From Raillietiella orientalis (Eukaryota), in the NCBI GenBank assembly GCA_036172245.1, contig JAYWIR010000008.1, forward strand, positions 496,001 through 560,000: a stretch of 64,000 bases of DNA. The letters run 5' to 3'. The position numbers were made by a program, and so were the translations under genes. A model generated the notes under the pieces. It saw only the letters and a program-made list of their open reading frames with translations, was not told where the DNA came from and searched no databases. Positions 23,133-34,841 of this stretch are shown here, in pieces; position 1 is the stretch's first letter; each line of letters starts with the position of its first letter.

Positions 23133-23899
23133 TCAAAGACACACCTCCCGCTTGCAGAAGAATGACCCCGTCACCAAAGCATTGTTGATGTCGTAATCGT
23201 AGTAGTCCATCTCCAGCTCTTGGGAGGCGTAGAAAGCGCCCTCATCATCAGCTCCGTCAACGGAGTGCCTGAAAGATGCCCCTCCCTTTCTCTCCAGCGG
23301 GGTTCCCACGACCCGGTCGTGATACCTGGGGGCGTATGCCCGCCTCAAAGAGAGGGCGCTTCTCTCGATCGAAGGCTTTTGCTCGACTCTGAGTGAGTGG
23401 CGGAGCAGGAGGAACTTCCCCACCTCAACTTCCGACAGGTTCCCTTCTGGAAAAAGGGATCCCCGACGGGACCGTTGTGTCTCCGGAACCCAGGGCGGAA
23501 CACGCTCTGCCAGGTGGCTGAGACTCTTGACTACCGTGGCGAGGATGCTTCCCGGTATGGCGCGCGAACAGCGCTGTATGTTCGGCAGCGAAGACCCCCT
23601 GAAGATGGAAGCTGAGTTGGCTGGTCTACGAGAGCGGATCAGGTGGTCGTTGTCTTCTTGACCGGGCTGTAGGCTCGTGCAGTTCTCGGCAACATCCGTC
23701 GTGGTTGTTCCCAGGGACTCCCCATCCGCTTCTTGCAAGCTACTGCCGCAGAGCCACCTCCGAAACCCGCGAGCGCTAGGGATCATCGCTATGGATAGTA
23801 TGCTGACTAGAAGGAAGCCCATCAGACCGCCCAGCAGGAGGTGGCGGAGCTGCCTGTGGTCAGAAGGCGGATGCTTCGCCCTTTGAAGAGAGTCTTGAC
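23133..23899 (-). CDS. THSD1: THSD1-like transmembrane and cytoplasmic exon
   Basis: Acceptor TCTCTTCCTCGTAG| in phase 1; TM LLLGGLMGFLLVSILSIAMI; ELEMDYYDYDINNA..GSFF. Confidence 0.8.
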
Positions 23900-26800
23900 C
23901 TACGAGGAAGAGATTGAAAGGATCAGAGGAACGCCGATCGACAAGCAGCAAAAGAAATCTGGATCCAGAAAGAACTGTGCTCTTCCTGAAGTCCCCCGGA
24001 TGCTGAAGAACAAGAGGAGAGGCAGTTCTGTAACTGCTGCAAGCTAAGCAACGGCTTGGTTTTCTCACTATCCGTCACCCGATTCCCATTAAGGTTCTTC
24101 GGCACAAGGGACCGCGATAAAATGCGAGGTGGATCGTGGGGCGTTTTCCGCTTTCCCCCTCCTTGGAGGTCGTCTTTTTGATCTTGCTTTTCAGCTCCCC
24201 CCAGGGACGAAGCATCCTTCGCTCCCCTGATAAAAAGGTCCTTGTTGGACAAACTCCACAGACGGTAACTTCCGCCACGGTTAACCCTTGGAACGCCTCG
24301 AGGAAACACTCAGCGAGACACAGGAGGAGGTGGTCCAGCGATCCAGCTCAACAGGGTTCCTTGCCCACTGGGCCATCTGAGTAAAGAGTTGGTGAGCCCA
24401 AGAGTGGCGTTCACGTCTGTTCTTAGTCCTGGTGCGAATCGTGCAGCTGGAAAATGAATGGTTGAGGAGTAAGGACCATCACGCCCCCCTCTGGCCACGA
24501 TGCTTCTCTTCATCTGACCCCTGTTGAGCCCCCAGCTCGCCGTGAAGGTCCCTTTGGACGCATTCCGCATTGTGAGTGGTGGAAACTGCTTCTGTAGGCA
24601 GACAGCCGACTGCCTTCCTGATCCGTGCTGTCCCTCTTCTCCTTCGGTGACCAGAGAGGAAGCATTGCCATGCTTCCCTCCGCTCAGACAGCGTTAGCCA
24701 CCACCCTGAGGCTGTTTGTTTGCACTCCTCTTCTTGAAGTTCGACTTCTTGGAGTCCAAGAAGATGAACGAAGCCGAATTTCTTGTTCAGAATTCACTCG
24801 GTGAATGGCAACCGAATGCCACTGCAGGTGCTTCCAAGCACCTCTCGTTTGCCAATGCATCGTCCCCATGCTGGAGTTCCATCCTCCTCGATTCGCATGC
24901 ACAGGAGTGCCTCAGGCAAATACGGCCACCTGGACGCACAACATTCAACAAAAGACGCAGGTATTTCGCGTTAGTGGGAGCGGAAGTATCCACGAGAGAG
25001 GAGGGTTTCGTGGAAGTGCCCACACACCTCTCTTGCGTTAGGGCTTTAGCGAGTGCACGTTGCAGTCGCAAAATTCGGAAAATTGAGGAATGCCGAAGCC
25101 TCTTGCGAGTTCTTGTCCTGCTGCCGGCAGTCATGACCACGGGCTATCAGTGAACACGTCGCTGCTGGAACCATGCGATCCGCTTTCCTTGGCACTCCTG
25201 TGATGGCAGCGTGCTCAAACACGTCTTGCTTGAGAATCCTGGAGACGAACGACTGATGTCTCCTCTCTACTTGTCGCTCAGCCTTCATAGAAGATTCGTA
25301 CAAGAAGGTCAAAAAAGGCAGCAACGACGACTTGCTGTAGATGTGAGGAAAAACCCTCCCTGCGGGCAACCTTCACACGAAGCACCACAAAACCTACTGG
25401 GACGTTCGCATCGGACTGCTTGGACGGGAAGGTTTTTTTTGATCTCCCAATGTGCACTTTAGGAGGCAGGCGCTGCTATCCGCTGCAATAGCAGCTTTCT
25501 AACGACTACCTTCTGGACCAATCTCGTCGAAAGAGCCACCATCTTTCCGTGGTGTGACATCTACTCATCATTCTTCCGCAGCCGGGGCACGAGTACTGCC
25601 TCAACCTTGCCTGTCTCCTCCAGTCTCGTCATCAAGTCACGTAGATTCCCATAGTCCGCTGGGAAACGTTCAAGGGGAAACTGCACTTGGACGTGGCCGC
25701 CACGACGGATGCTGCGATGGAAGAGATAAAGTGCGTGCAGCACGACCGAAGAGCAACCCTCCGGGATCTCGGAAGAGTGGAACCAATGCGCTCGGTCACC
25801 CGACCCTCAGGGTGGTAAAAGTTCCGCAACTCACCGACGACCACGACGAAAGACGGGACTTTGAGCGAAGACAGTCTCCGAGCCAGAAACTGCGCTTCCT
25901 CATCCGCAGTCAGCCGGGATGTCTTTGCTCTGCGTAAGACCACAGTTGGCCGTCTGAGACGCCGGCCCAGAGAGCCATTGGCGAGCTCACATCGCTAGTC
26001 AGCACCGCCGCAGCACCGCGCATCTCCAACCAGCCCATGGATCCGTAGTGGCGACGCGCAACGGCAGTGTTCGCCGCCTTCCGAACTCGGGGGAACGTCC
26101 CTTGCGCTTGCCGCTCGCCTGGCTCGTGAGGTTGCTGGGCCAACCTGGCCTCATCCGAGCGTAAGGCTAGAACGTGCCTCCTCTGGAATCTGGCAACATC
26201 CCTACGTGTGCTCCTGTGTTTCTTGCCGAGCTATTGCCAGGACGTCATCTCCTGCGCACTCGCTCGCGCTCTGCACGATCGGCACACGCGTACAGACGGC
26301 AACACCCTCAGGCGTGGAAACAGTTGCCGTCTCCAGCCGCACGGAGCGTTTGGGAGTGGCAGGCATTCCACGTGAGGATTCTGCACTCGCTTGTGCAACT
26401 CCCGCTGAACTCGACGGGTATGGCGCACAACTTTGGAAAAGAACCTCGTGCGCGGTCCCAGCGCGCGGAGTCTGAGCCTTGGGATGGCGCCTCGCTGCGG
26501 CTTTTTCCTTCGCCTCCGGGCCCACCTGAGATGGAGGCGCTTAGCGCAATCCTGAAGTATTCTTGCGCAGAATGGGAGTCGGGCCGGTCGCTCGTGAACT
26601 GGATAAGGCAAGTCTTCTGTTTCGTGCTCAGCTTCCTGGGCGTCGTGAGAGGCGCAGCTTGCCATAGGAGCTCGGAGTAGGGTCGCCCGCCATCTCTGAT
26701 TTGGAGCAGAAAATCTCCGGTGACCTCTTCGATGGCGACTTCCACGGTGGTGTTGGCCTTGAGGAAAGACCAGCAGATCGGATTTTTCGTCTGGCACACC

Positions 26801-29800
26801 CCTTTCCTTACGTGGACGACCCATCGACCCTCCCCACGGCATTCCTTCGGGTCCACTTCCAGCAGGATCCGGTTGCCCCCCGGAGGCAAGTTGAGCGTGC
26901 AGCTGCACCGGCAGTCGTGCGCGCCGAGGCCGGCTCTCTTCGCCGTGGATGTCTCTGCAGCTTTCTGCTGGCAGGCGCGAAGTTGGCACGGTCGGTTCTC
27001 CGTGCCTGGACCCTGAGTTGCTGGTTGCCTTGGGCGTCGGAAAGCTCATGCTGCTGACCTGGCAGCGCCGAACGCGCCGGGGCGGGCCAAGCGATGTGCA
27101 GAAGCGATGTCGGACGCTGATTCCGGGTCCACAGGTGGATGAACACGACGACCAGGCGCTCCAGGCGCTCCACTCTCCTTCGCGCGCTCCTGCGAGGTGA
27201 AGAGAGGAACGTGGGTGACGCGCGGGAGCAAAAGGGAAGCTTGGAGGTAGCTCCAGGGATGTACACTGGGCCCGACAACGCTTCTCCAAGCACGGGAGTA
27301 GCTGTGGGAGCTGCACTGCGTGTGCCCTTCCGGTCGTGGGAGAGGGGACCGCCGCCGCATGCCACGTGCCCAGGGACAGCTGACCGTCTCGGCAAGTCGA
27401 GCTTTGCTTGGCGATTCGCTTGCTCCTCCGCTGCACGGTAGGCGACGTAATCAGCGTGAGGAAGAAAGTGAGAGCAGGAGGAAAGGAGAAAGAAGGGAGA
27501 AAGGGAAGGGAGGAAAGGAGAAGGAAGAGAGAAGGAGGGAAAAGGAGGAAGGGACGAACGAAAGGAGGAGGGGACGGAAGGAGGAAGAAGAGAGGAGGAA
27601 GAGGAGGAGGAGGAGGGAGGAAGAGGAAGGGAAAAGGGGAGAAGACGCCACCCGAAACGTGGCAACAGGGGGGAGGATCGCGCGTGAGTCAGCATGCCAC
27701 GGGGTGCGCCGACACGTCGGAGCCATCGGACTGCACGGAGGGAAGTCAGTGGATCCCGTCCCGAGCGGAATCCCGCGCCGTTTTCGTGTTCCACGGACCG
27801 CCCTTGCCTCCGGCTCTCTTGGGAACCTGCCTCCCTGATCACACTAGCGTCCCGCGGGCGCTGGCACCTATCTTAGAAGGGCTCGTCAAACCCTCCAGCA
27901 CTACACAGACAGGAGCACCAAGAGCAGGGACTGGAGGTCTCTTGCGGACTGACCCGTGCTGAAGGTCGTGTGCCTGAGGTCGTACCAAGCGTTGCGGGTT
28001 CGAATCCCTCCCGGGGAAGGAGCGACGCCAAGAACGGGGAATGCTTAGTAGGTTTCGAACTCTCTTCCTTTCGCGGGATGACGCTGATTGGCCTGCAAGC
28101 TCCAAGTACGGCACCGGTGGGAGCTGGATGCCCCCGTTGACTGACCGGGATCGGAAGAAGACCATCCGAGGATCTTCCAGGAATTCCAGGGAGCCAGTTC
28201 CCTTCAATCTTCCCCTCCGGTTGTGCAAACGGATCCGCCTCTCCTCAGGGAGGGACACTCCATCGTGTACCATGGATCTGGTCGATACCCTTCTCGGGGG
28301 TTGAATTGCCTCTCCAGAGTGCTAAGAAACCACCCAGCTGACCACTAGTCATCTCGGGTGCACCGCCCCGTTGGCTAAGACGCCGGGCCTATTGACGGGC
28401 GCACTGCTTCTGCGTTTCCCTGGAGGTCGTGGCTACCGGTGGGCGGAGCCACGAATTCGCCCGAAGTCAGCATGCAGTCCCGGGAGTCGTTCGCACGTAC
28501 TGAAGACGATCTGTGGAGAAGCGGGCTTCCGCGGGCGAGCGAACAGGAAGGTTCGAGTTCCAGAACCCGCGCGTTCCCTCCGGAAGGAGGCCTGGCGCGC
28601 AATCCATCTTGAGCGAGTGGGTCGCAGGATGCTGGGGTAAAGGCGCTCCCGCCGGGCGGCCGGAGCGGAAGGGAGAGCGACCGTCAGGGAGCTGCAATGC
28701 GGAATTCCTACGCCTTGCCCTTTCAGAGTCAGGTTTGCCCGTCGTTCTTCGTGCAGCGCGTCGAGCAGCTCGCCCTGCTGGCGACGCATCCTCGCGACGG
28801 CCCGTGTGGCTCACGGTTGCGTATCCAGAGCGCCGCTTCCGGAGCGATCGCGAGGGCTAAAGCCGTCCGCGAGGACCCTCTCGAAGCACTTCCTTTGGAG
28901 CTTCCCTCTCGCAACATCGCGCTAGTCCTCCGCGTTGGGAGAGCCCGTCCTCCTTTTCCCGTGTGACTTTCTTCCTGTCCTCTGGATACCATGCGCTTCG
29001 AGATTATGCTGCCCTTGGCAGGTGTTGCCATGCTCGTCGGAGCAGCAGTCCACCCATGCAGTGGCGCTGCGCTGACCTTGGAAGCCGCCTATAGATCCCG
29101 CCGTCAGCTTGTGCATCGGCCGCATCACCGTGCGCACATGGGCGGTGGTGAGTCAGCTGACCTCCATCGGCCGGCTTCCGCGAGTGCCGAATTCGCACCT
29201 GGAGACGCGGGCGCTCCTACGCGGTGTGGATGCATCGGTGGACCGGCCTTCCCTGAATATGCTCTCGCGTTAGACCTACCCTTCTAAAAGATGCCGCAGA
29301 TGCGTCCATGTGTCTTCTGCATCCTGAGGGATGATGCGAATCATGCCCCCGAGCTCAGATACTGTGCTATGGCGAGGAAGTGCTCTTGGAGCCCGTTGTG
29401 CTGCTTGCTTCCAAGCGCAAGTGTCCGGGGAGGAGGCTACACAGGAGGAAACGAGGGGAAAGGAAGGCGTCGGACGTTCCATGCATCGTTGCTCTGGTTT
29501 GTGACCGCAGGTGTGCCATTGCCCGCACGTGGAGAGAAGAAAACCATGTTTCGAGGTTCGTGTGTGACCTCCCTCGTCACGCAAATCGCCCGAAAGGCAG
29601 TCCCCCCCCCCCTCCGTCACTCGCGTTCCCGCGGATGACTGGGAGGACGAAAGAACGGCGCCCTCCTGCAACTGCATCCTTCCTCCCGCATCCCCGCTCT
29701 TGTGGTTTCTCTCATTGCTGGTGACTGCGGCCTGCGGCGCTGCCCTCGTGATCACCTTCCCCTTCCTCGACCCTCCAAGCACAGGCGGCGTAACGATGCA

Positions 29801-32800
29801 TTGCGGACGACACCGGTGCACTCTAAGGGGAGGTCACGGAGGACTCCTGAGATTTCGATAGCAGGAACCGTATGCGAGAGTGTACTAGCATCGTCAGCGA
29901 TGCATCGTGGCTCCACTTCCCCTGTCGCTCCCTCTTCCTCTCTGACATTCACGCGGTGAGCGTGCGCCTTCTGACTCCTGGAGTTAAGCGAGCGACGCGC
30001 ATGCGCTCGAACGGGAGAAGGAGTCATTCGAAACGTGGCAACAGGGGGGAGGATCGCGCGTGAGTCAGCATGCCACGGGGTGCGCCGAAACGTCGGAGCC
30101 ATCGGACTGCACGGAGGGAAGTCAGCGGATCCCGTCCAGAGAGGAATTCCGCGCCGTTTTCGTGCTCCACGGTCCGCCCTTGCCCACGGCTCTCTTGGGA
30201 ACCTTCCTCCCTGGCCACAAGGTCAACGTCATGAATGAAGCCGCAGCACGCTTGGCGCGCACCGCGAAGATCCGATCTTTCCAGCCAGAAAAAGAAAAGA
30301 CCACACCTGCATCGCTCCTGGCTGGGAGGCAGACAGAGGCGACTTCCTTGACGGCACCCAAGATGTTCTTGACGACGACTGCGAAGCAGAAGTCCACGAC
30401 GTCTTCCCGGAAGACGCTGCACTCGATGGCAATGATCCTCTCCCACAAGGGGAGGTTCCTCTCCACAAGGATGGTTTTGCGGACCAGCCTGCGGTTTTCA
30501 GGGGCGCTCTTCGTAAGCGCGGTCACCCGTACCGCGTCCGGAAACGGCCTTTCGCAAGGAGGAACATAGAAGACGACGTGAACGCTCTGGGAGCACGGGA
30601 AGATGGACTTTGAGCGAACTTGCAGTAGGATGTTCTGTCCGCTGTCCACTGCAACTGGGTGCGAAAGAATGAGCTTTCCCTTCCACATCAACTGCACTGC
30701 GTACGATCCCGGGTGGCTGAAGGCACCACAAGGGATGCCGAAGGAGTGGTTGGTATGCGCGCACAGGCGTTGCTCCGTCGAATACAGGACGGGAAGAGGG
30801 TCATCAGCGGAACGGAGGCGGCTGCCGTAGCGCACCCGCACGGAGACCAGGGTGCAGGGTGGAGGAGGACTTCCACACCACGAGGAGTTCGTCCACAGGG
30901 TCACAGTAGCCGCGGACAGGAGAGTCAGGCTTGTGGGAAGAGCCATGGCAACGCTGGGCGGGGCGATCCAGAAGGGCGCTTCCCAGACGACCCTGGAGGC
31001 GTTCTGGACGTGCAGTCGGAGCAGCACGGTGTACGTTCCCGGCTGCGCAAGAGCCTCGCAAGGCAGTTGCGCCACTCCCGACAGCGACCGGTCGGTCAGT
31101 CCGCTCATCCAGAAGGTCACCTTTTTCGTGTCCCTCAGCTCCACCTCCAGGGCGGCGGTGTGGCGAGGAGCGTTGCCGCCTGGTCGTCTGCTTGAGACTT
31201 CACCAGCGGGGGTGGTCGGGTCGTCGGGAGCGCGTTCTCCGCCGTGCGCTGACGCAGACAGGAACGCGTCCGCACGAAGCTGCGCCGCGTCGACGACGTA
31301 ATGGAGAGACAGGTCTCCTTCCAGCGCCCGGAATACTTTGCGCTCGTCCCTCGGCTCCTGCTGACCTAGAAGGGATGACAAAGGGTGGTTCTGATCCAAA
31401 CCCTCCCGGAGTCCGTCGAACTGCAAACAACCCGTTCGATCCCTGTCTGAGGCTAAACAATGCCAGTCGTTCTTTCGCGGAAGCGGTAATGGTCGCTTCC
31501 TCCTTGGCTGTCTTCACCTTCGGCACTTGTCCGGCCCCGCAAACGGAATTCCCGAATTTCGGTTTCGAAGAGAGACGGGGTGTTTCCCGGCCCACCCTTC
31601 GGCCTGGTGGGCATCCCGAACTGGTTCGATGCGTTCTTCTTTCCAACCCTCGCCGAGATACCCTCGGGCATCTCCCTCGCCTGGAACTTTCGGCCGAAGA
31701 TGCCGTGCTCACAGCAGGAGGGATCGCTGCGACCTCACGACCGTTCCTTCTTCCCTTTCCTCGGAGCCGCCGCGACGCATTCGCTGCTTCTGCGCGCCCA
31801 CGCAGCGTCTGGAAGCGACTGTTCGGGAATTTCCTGTCGATGCGACGCCTGCGTCGACCGGGAAGATTTCCATCTTCTTCCCGGAAGTATCGCTCCCTTC
31901 CTTTGCGTGATACCCGGTCCCCTACTGGAAACTCCTGTGGTCTGCATACGCTGTCTCGCGCTCCCCTTGGGAGCAGTTCGCCCGTACCAGCGTCGTCTGT
32001 GAGCGCCGCCCTCTTGACCGCTCTGGGCAAAGACCGGGCTGCTGGTGAATCTCTGATCGCCAAGGACGCTTGCACTTCCCCGCTGACCCGGGCCTGCCGT
32101 TTATCATTCGGATGCAGGCGGAGGTCGAATAGGTTTGCCCCTTTGTCGCGCGTGGCGATCACGGTCAAGCGCTGCTCTCCTGGAGCTTTCGCGCCCATCG
32201 GGACGTGGCTGGGCATGGCCACTGCGAGCGCCCTGCTAGCGGGCTGCAAGGCTCCTCTTGGAGAGGACAAGCGAGCGATCCTAGTCTAAAGAGGGGGTCC
32301 GACTCGGGGAGATGAGATTTCTGAGTTGAGCAGTATCGGAGAATCCGAAGAACTGAACGAGATCTTCGGCAGAAGAGGCAGTAAGAGAGTCTGGAACTGG
32401 GTTCCACTGAGCAAGCTCAGGGAGGAGCCCACCACCGCCCCTGAGGCACGCAGCCTTCAGGCGAGTCTTCAAGGAAAAGAGTGAGCACCACCGAAGAGCT
32501 TTGGGTAGGGCAGAGTGAGGACTGTTAACGCAGCTGGGAGCTCTTGTGGTTTCTCCATGGAAACGCAAGAGACGGCGATGGAGAAACACCGTTCTCAAGA
32601 GGGCTCGTCTTTTGCTCACCCACTAGGGTACCTTCGCACACGCACTAGCCTTTTGTGAGGTGAGTGGCCTTGTGGCAGCAGTTTCCTCCCATTCTCCGAC
32701 CGAGTCCTCGTCATGTATGGCACCTTTTACGAGCACAGCGGACTGTAAATGTGGACACTGTCGTGCGTACCACCTCCCAGACCATTTGCGGCGGAGCAGA

Positions 32801-34841
32801 TGGAAAAGCACAGGGAAGGATGCAGATGGAAGCACCTGTCTTCTCTTTGGGAGAGTTACTAACGCCACTGTCGGACCAGTGCCATGACGATGGTCCGCGC
32901 GGCCTCCCTGCCCGCCCTGCTGCTGCCTCTTCGGTGCCGCGTTCTTGGTCCGCTGCCATCAAGAGGGACCGTAGCGCCGCCTCTATCCTACTGCTGTGCG
33001 ACAGAGCTCTGGAAACGCTCCACGTCGTGGCTGCTTCTCCCCGAGGAGCAGCAATCCCAGCAGGGATCCCATGGCTCGAAGCCAGTCGTTTTCAGGGATG
33101 ACACGGCAGCGGAGCGGCAGTCAAACGCCGCTCAGTCCCAGCCTCCTCCCCGCCATGGCTGCCGCCGTTCCCTCCAGCTGCCGCTCCACCTCCACTGCAG
33201 ACACGTGAGCTCCCCCTCCAGCTGGCCTTCCTGATTGACGGGGGGCTGGCAGCCGAGGGCGCCGCCGAGGATCGGCGTCAAGTCTGCTTCCGCGGAAGAC
33301 GGATGTGGATGCCCGCCGCGTGCCTATTTCCCCGGGAGTGCGTCGGACTTGCTTGTCTCTTGGGGCCTTCGTCTCCATCGCGGCTGCCTGGGCAATACTG
33401 AAGGACCGGTTTGTGTCCTCTCGCTGACCTCTCGAATGACTGCACAGACTGAGGGATGGCTGGGGGGAAGGGGAGAGATTGTCTCCAGAAGGTGGTCGCA
33501 ACCGCCGCAAACCCACGAAGGGGAAGCAGAGGGAGCTGCCTGCGCTATGCGGAAGGGTGAACGAGCAGCGTGCACCGCGTTGGAGCGCAGGGAACTAGAG
33601 GGAAGGGAAGAGCGGTTAGCACCGTCCCCTGTCCGCTCGCCGCGAACGCTCGGGTCACGGATAACCTGCGCAACACAAGTCGCGGGGTGTTCTGAGGTCT
33701 GCAGCGAGCTGCTTGGATACGAGAACGCCCGCCAGTAGCGCGGAGCTCTTCCCCGGGCTCTACTTCAGAAGCAGCCTTCGATCGACCTCTTCCTGCAGGA
33801 GCAAAGTCGTTACCAAGGTTCCACCTTTGAAGCCACGAGGAACAGACTACTTCCTGGTGCGCGCCGCTTGGCGACGGAGGAAGCTGTGATGGGTGCAAAC
33901 CCGCGTCCTCATCCCTCCGCTCTTGCAGATTCGGACGGGCGCTCCCACCCGCTGCTCACTTGAAAGTCCCACAGGGAGGTGCGTGCCATGCTTTCGCACC
34001 TTCTTGGCTGGCACCCTGCCCGGTCCCTTCGTTTTCCGTCTTCCGCCATCAAGGGGGCTGGCGGCGCTCCCTTCCGGGCGCTAATAGACCCTCAGGCACC
34101 CGCGAGAACGCCTCCCGTGGGACGCGCCAGCGGTGCACGCAGCTCCGTTCTCTTGACAGCATCTCCGAGCTCGCGGCGGTGAAGCGCTCTGATGGTGCCG
34201 ATGCCAGCTCCAGCCGTGCGCGCCAAGGTTCTGCTGGACTGGAGACGATGTGCCATCGGGTGCTCGGTCGAGCGCTTAAGACGCTTCTGATCGCCTGGGA
34301 GCGAGGGGATGCTGCGCTCAAGACCGTGAGAGAGATGCTGCAATGAGGGTGGATCGCTTCAAATGGCAGCGCGCAGTTTCTGGCATCCGGCAGTAGTCGG
34401 TGATAGGTGGTAGGTGAGCCGTCGGGGCCTTCACTTCCGCCGAGCAGCGGCCGGGAAGCCGCCAAGATCTTCCCTTCCCATCCTTTCTCTACCCCTTTCT
34501 TCTCCTGAGTTTCCTCCTTCTTCCTCTTTTTCCCCTTCGTTCCAGATCGCAAGAGGGGAAAGGAAGCTGCCGCGTCTATTACTGGAGCCCATCCCCATCC
34601 CCTTCGCCTAGGCAACCGTGTGGCAGTACTCACCTCCCGAGCTCCGATGCATTGGAAGGAGGAAGCAAACGAGGTGCACCACGGACAGTCGCACGGTGGT
34701 CCTGGGAGACTGCGGTCTCGATCGCCTGGTCGGGGCGTCCTTCCCCGCGCTGAATCCAGGAGCTCCTCTCCCGCCCGCATGCTGCACCTCCATCCCGCTC
34801 GATGGCCTCTGGCACGCTATGGACCGCCGCGCCGTTTCCAT
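23133..34841 (-). CDS. THSD1: THSD1-like (thrombospondin type-1 domain-containing) single-pass membrane protein, ~865 aa; spliced gene model
   Basis: Phase-consistent GT-AG model: 34841-34634, 31365-30307, 27189-27059, 27012-26812, 26757-26526, 23899-23133 (2598 nt, divisible by 3). Encodes a hydrophobic leader, THSD1-type N-terminal repeats (SIFPC...VPPC...DFCF...SVCLP), TSP1 (WSAWSAWSSCSSTCGPG.SVRHRFC), a CUB-like region (CRCSC...IRDG), a TM helix and the cytoplasmic ELEMDYYDY motif. Confidence 0.8.
24950..25950 (-). mobile_element. RTE-like LINE 3' remnant in a THSD1 intron
   Basis: VERRHQSFVSRILKQDVFEHAAITGV (~LE.FH.RCLRRIL.I.W...ITN.EV) and VGELRNFYHPEGRV (~V..F.YLGS.I). Confidence 0.3.
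26526..27012 (-). CDS. THSD1: THSD1-like TSP1 end plus CUB-like exons (probable 54-nt intron at 26811-26758)
   Basis: GPGTENRPCQLRAC completes TSP1; CRCSCTLNL...WVVH|ANTTVEV...LQIRDG is CUB-like; donor CAG|GTGGGC. Confidence 0.8.
27059..27189 (-). CDS. THSD1: THSD1-like TSP1 exon
   Basis: GEWSAWSAWSSCSSTCGPGISVRHRFC; acceptor CTCGCAG| and donor CAG|GTCAGC; followed by a 46-nt intron. Confidence 0.85.
27476..27645 (+). repeat. Polypurine (GGA/GAA) low-complexity tract
   Basis: ~170 nt almost entirely A/G. Confidence 0.9.
27637..27843 (+). repeat. Direct repeat copy 1 (LTR-like, 207 bp)
   Basis: Ungapped match to 30013-30219 (offset 2376); about 10 substitutions in the ~185-bp core. Confidence 0.92.
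28090..28270 (-). mobile_element. CR1/L2-type LINE 3'-end remnant
   Basis: RMVFFRSRSVNGGIQLP resembles the conserved R..FFS.RVVN.WN.LP C-terminal motif. Confidence 0.3.
30013..30219 (+). repeat. Direct repeat copy 2 (LTR-like, 207 bp)
   Basis: Ungapped match to 27637-27843; ends in GCCACA, and the core begins CGTGGC (near-inverted termini). Confidence 0.92.
30307..31365 (-). CDS. THSD1: THSD1-like large extracellular exon
   Basis: Core of ORF 30122-31426; acceptor CCCTTCTAG| and donor CAG|GTGTGG; symmetric phase 1, 1059 nt. Confidence 0.85.
34634..34841 (-). CDS. THSD1: THSD1-like candidate first coding exon (leader / signal-like segment)
   Basis: ATG in GCCATGG context (alternative ATG at 34793); hydrophobic VRLSVVHLVCFLLP; consensus donor G|GTGAGT in phase 1, matching the next exon. 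Confidence 0.55.

Noticed and set aside
27960..28015. GGGTTCGAATCCC B-box suggesting a tRNA gene
   Set aside because: No cloverleaf or convincing A-box could be folded; at most a tRNA-derived SINE remnant.
30931..32289. 452-aa plus-strand ORF (and the 356-aa minus ORF 31200-32270)
   Set aside because: Arg/Pro/Ser-rich low-information translations typical of GC-rich DNA, partly antisense to the THSD1 exon; no domain recognised.
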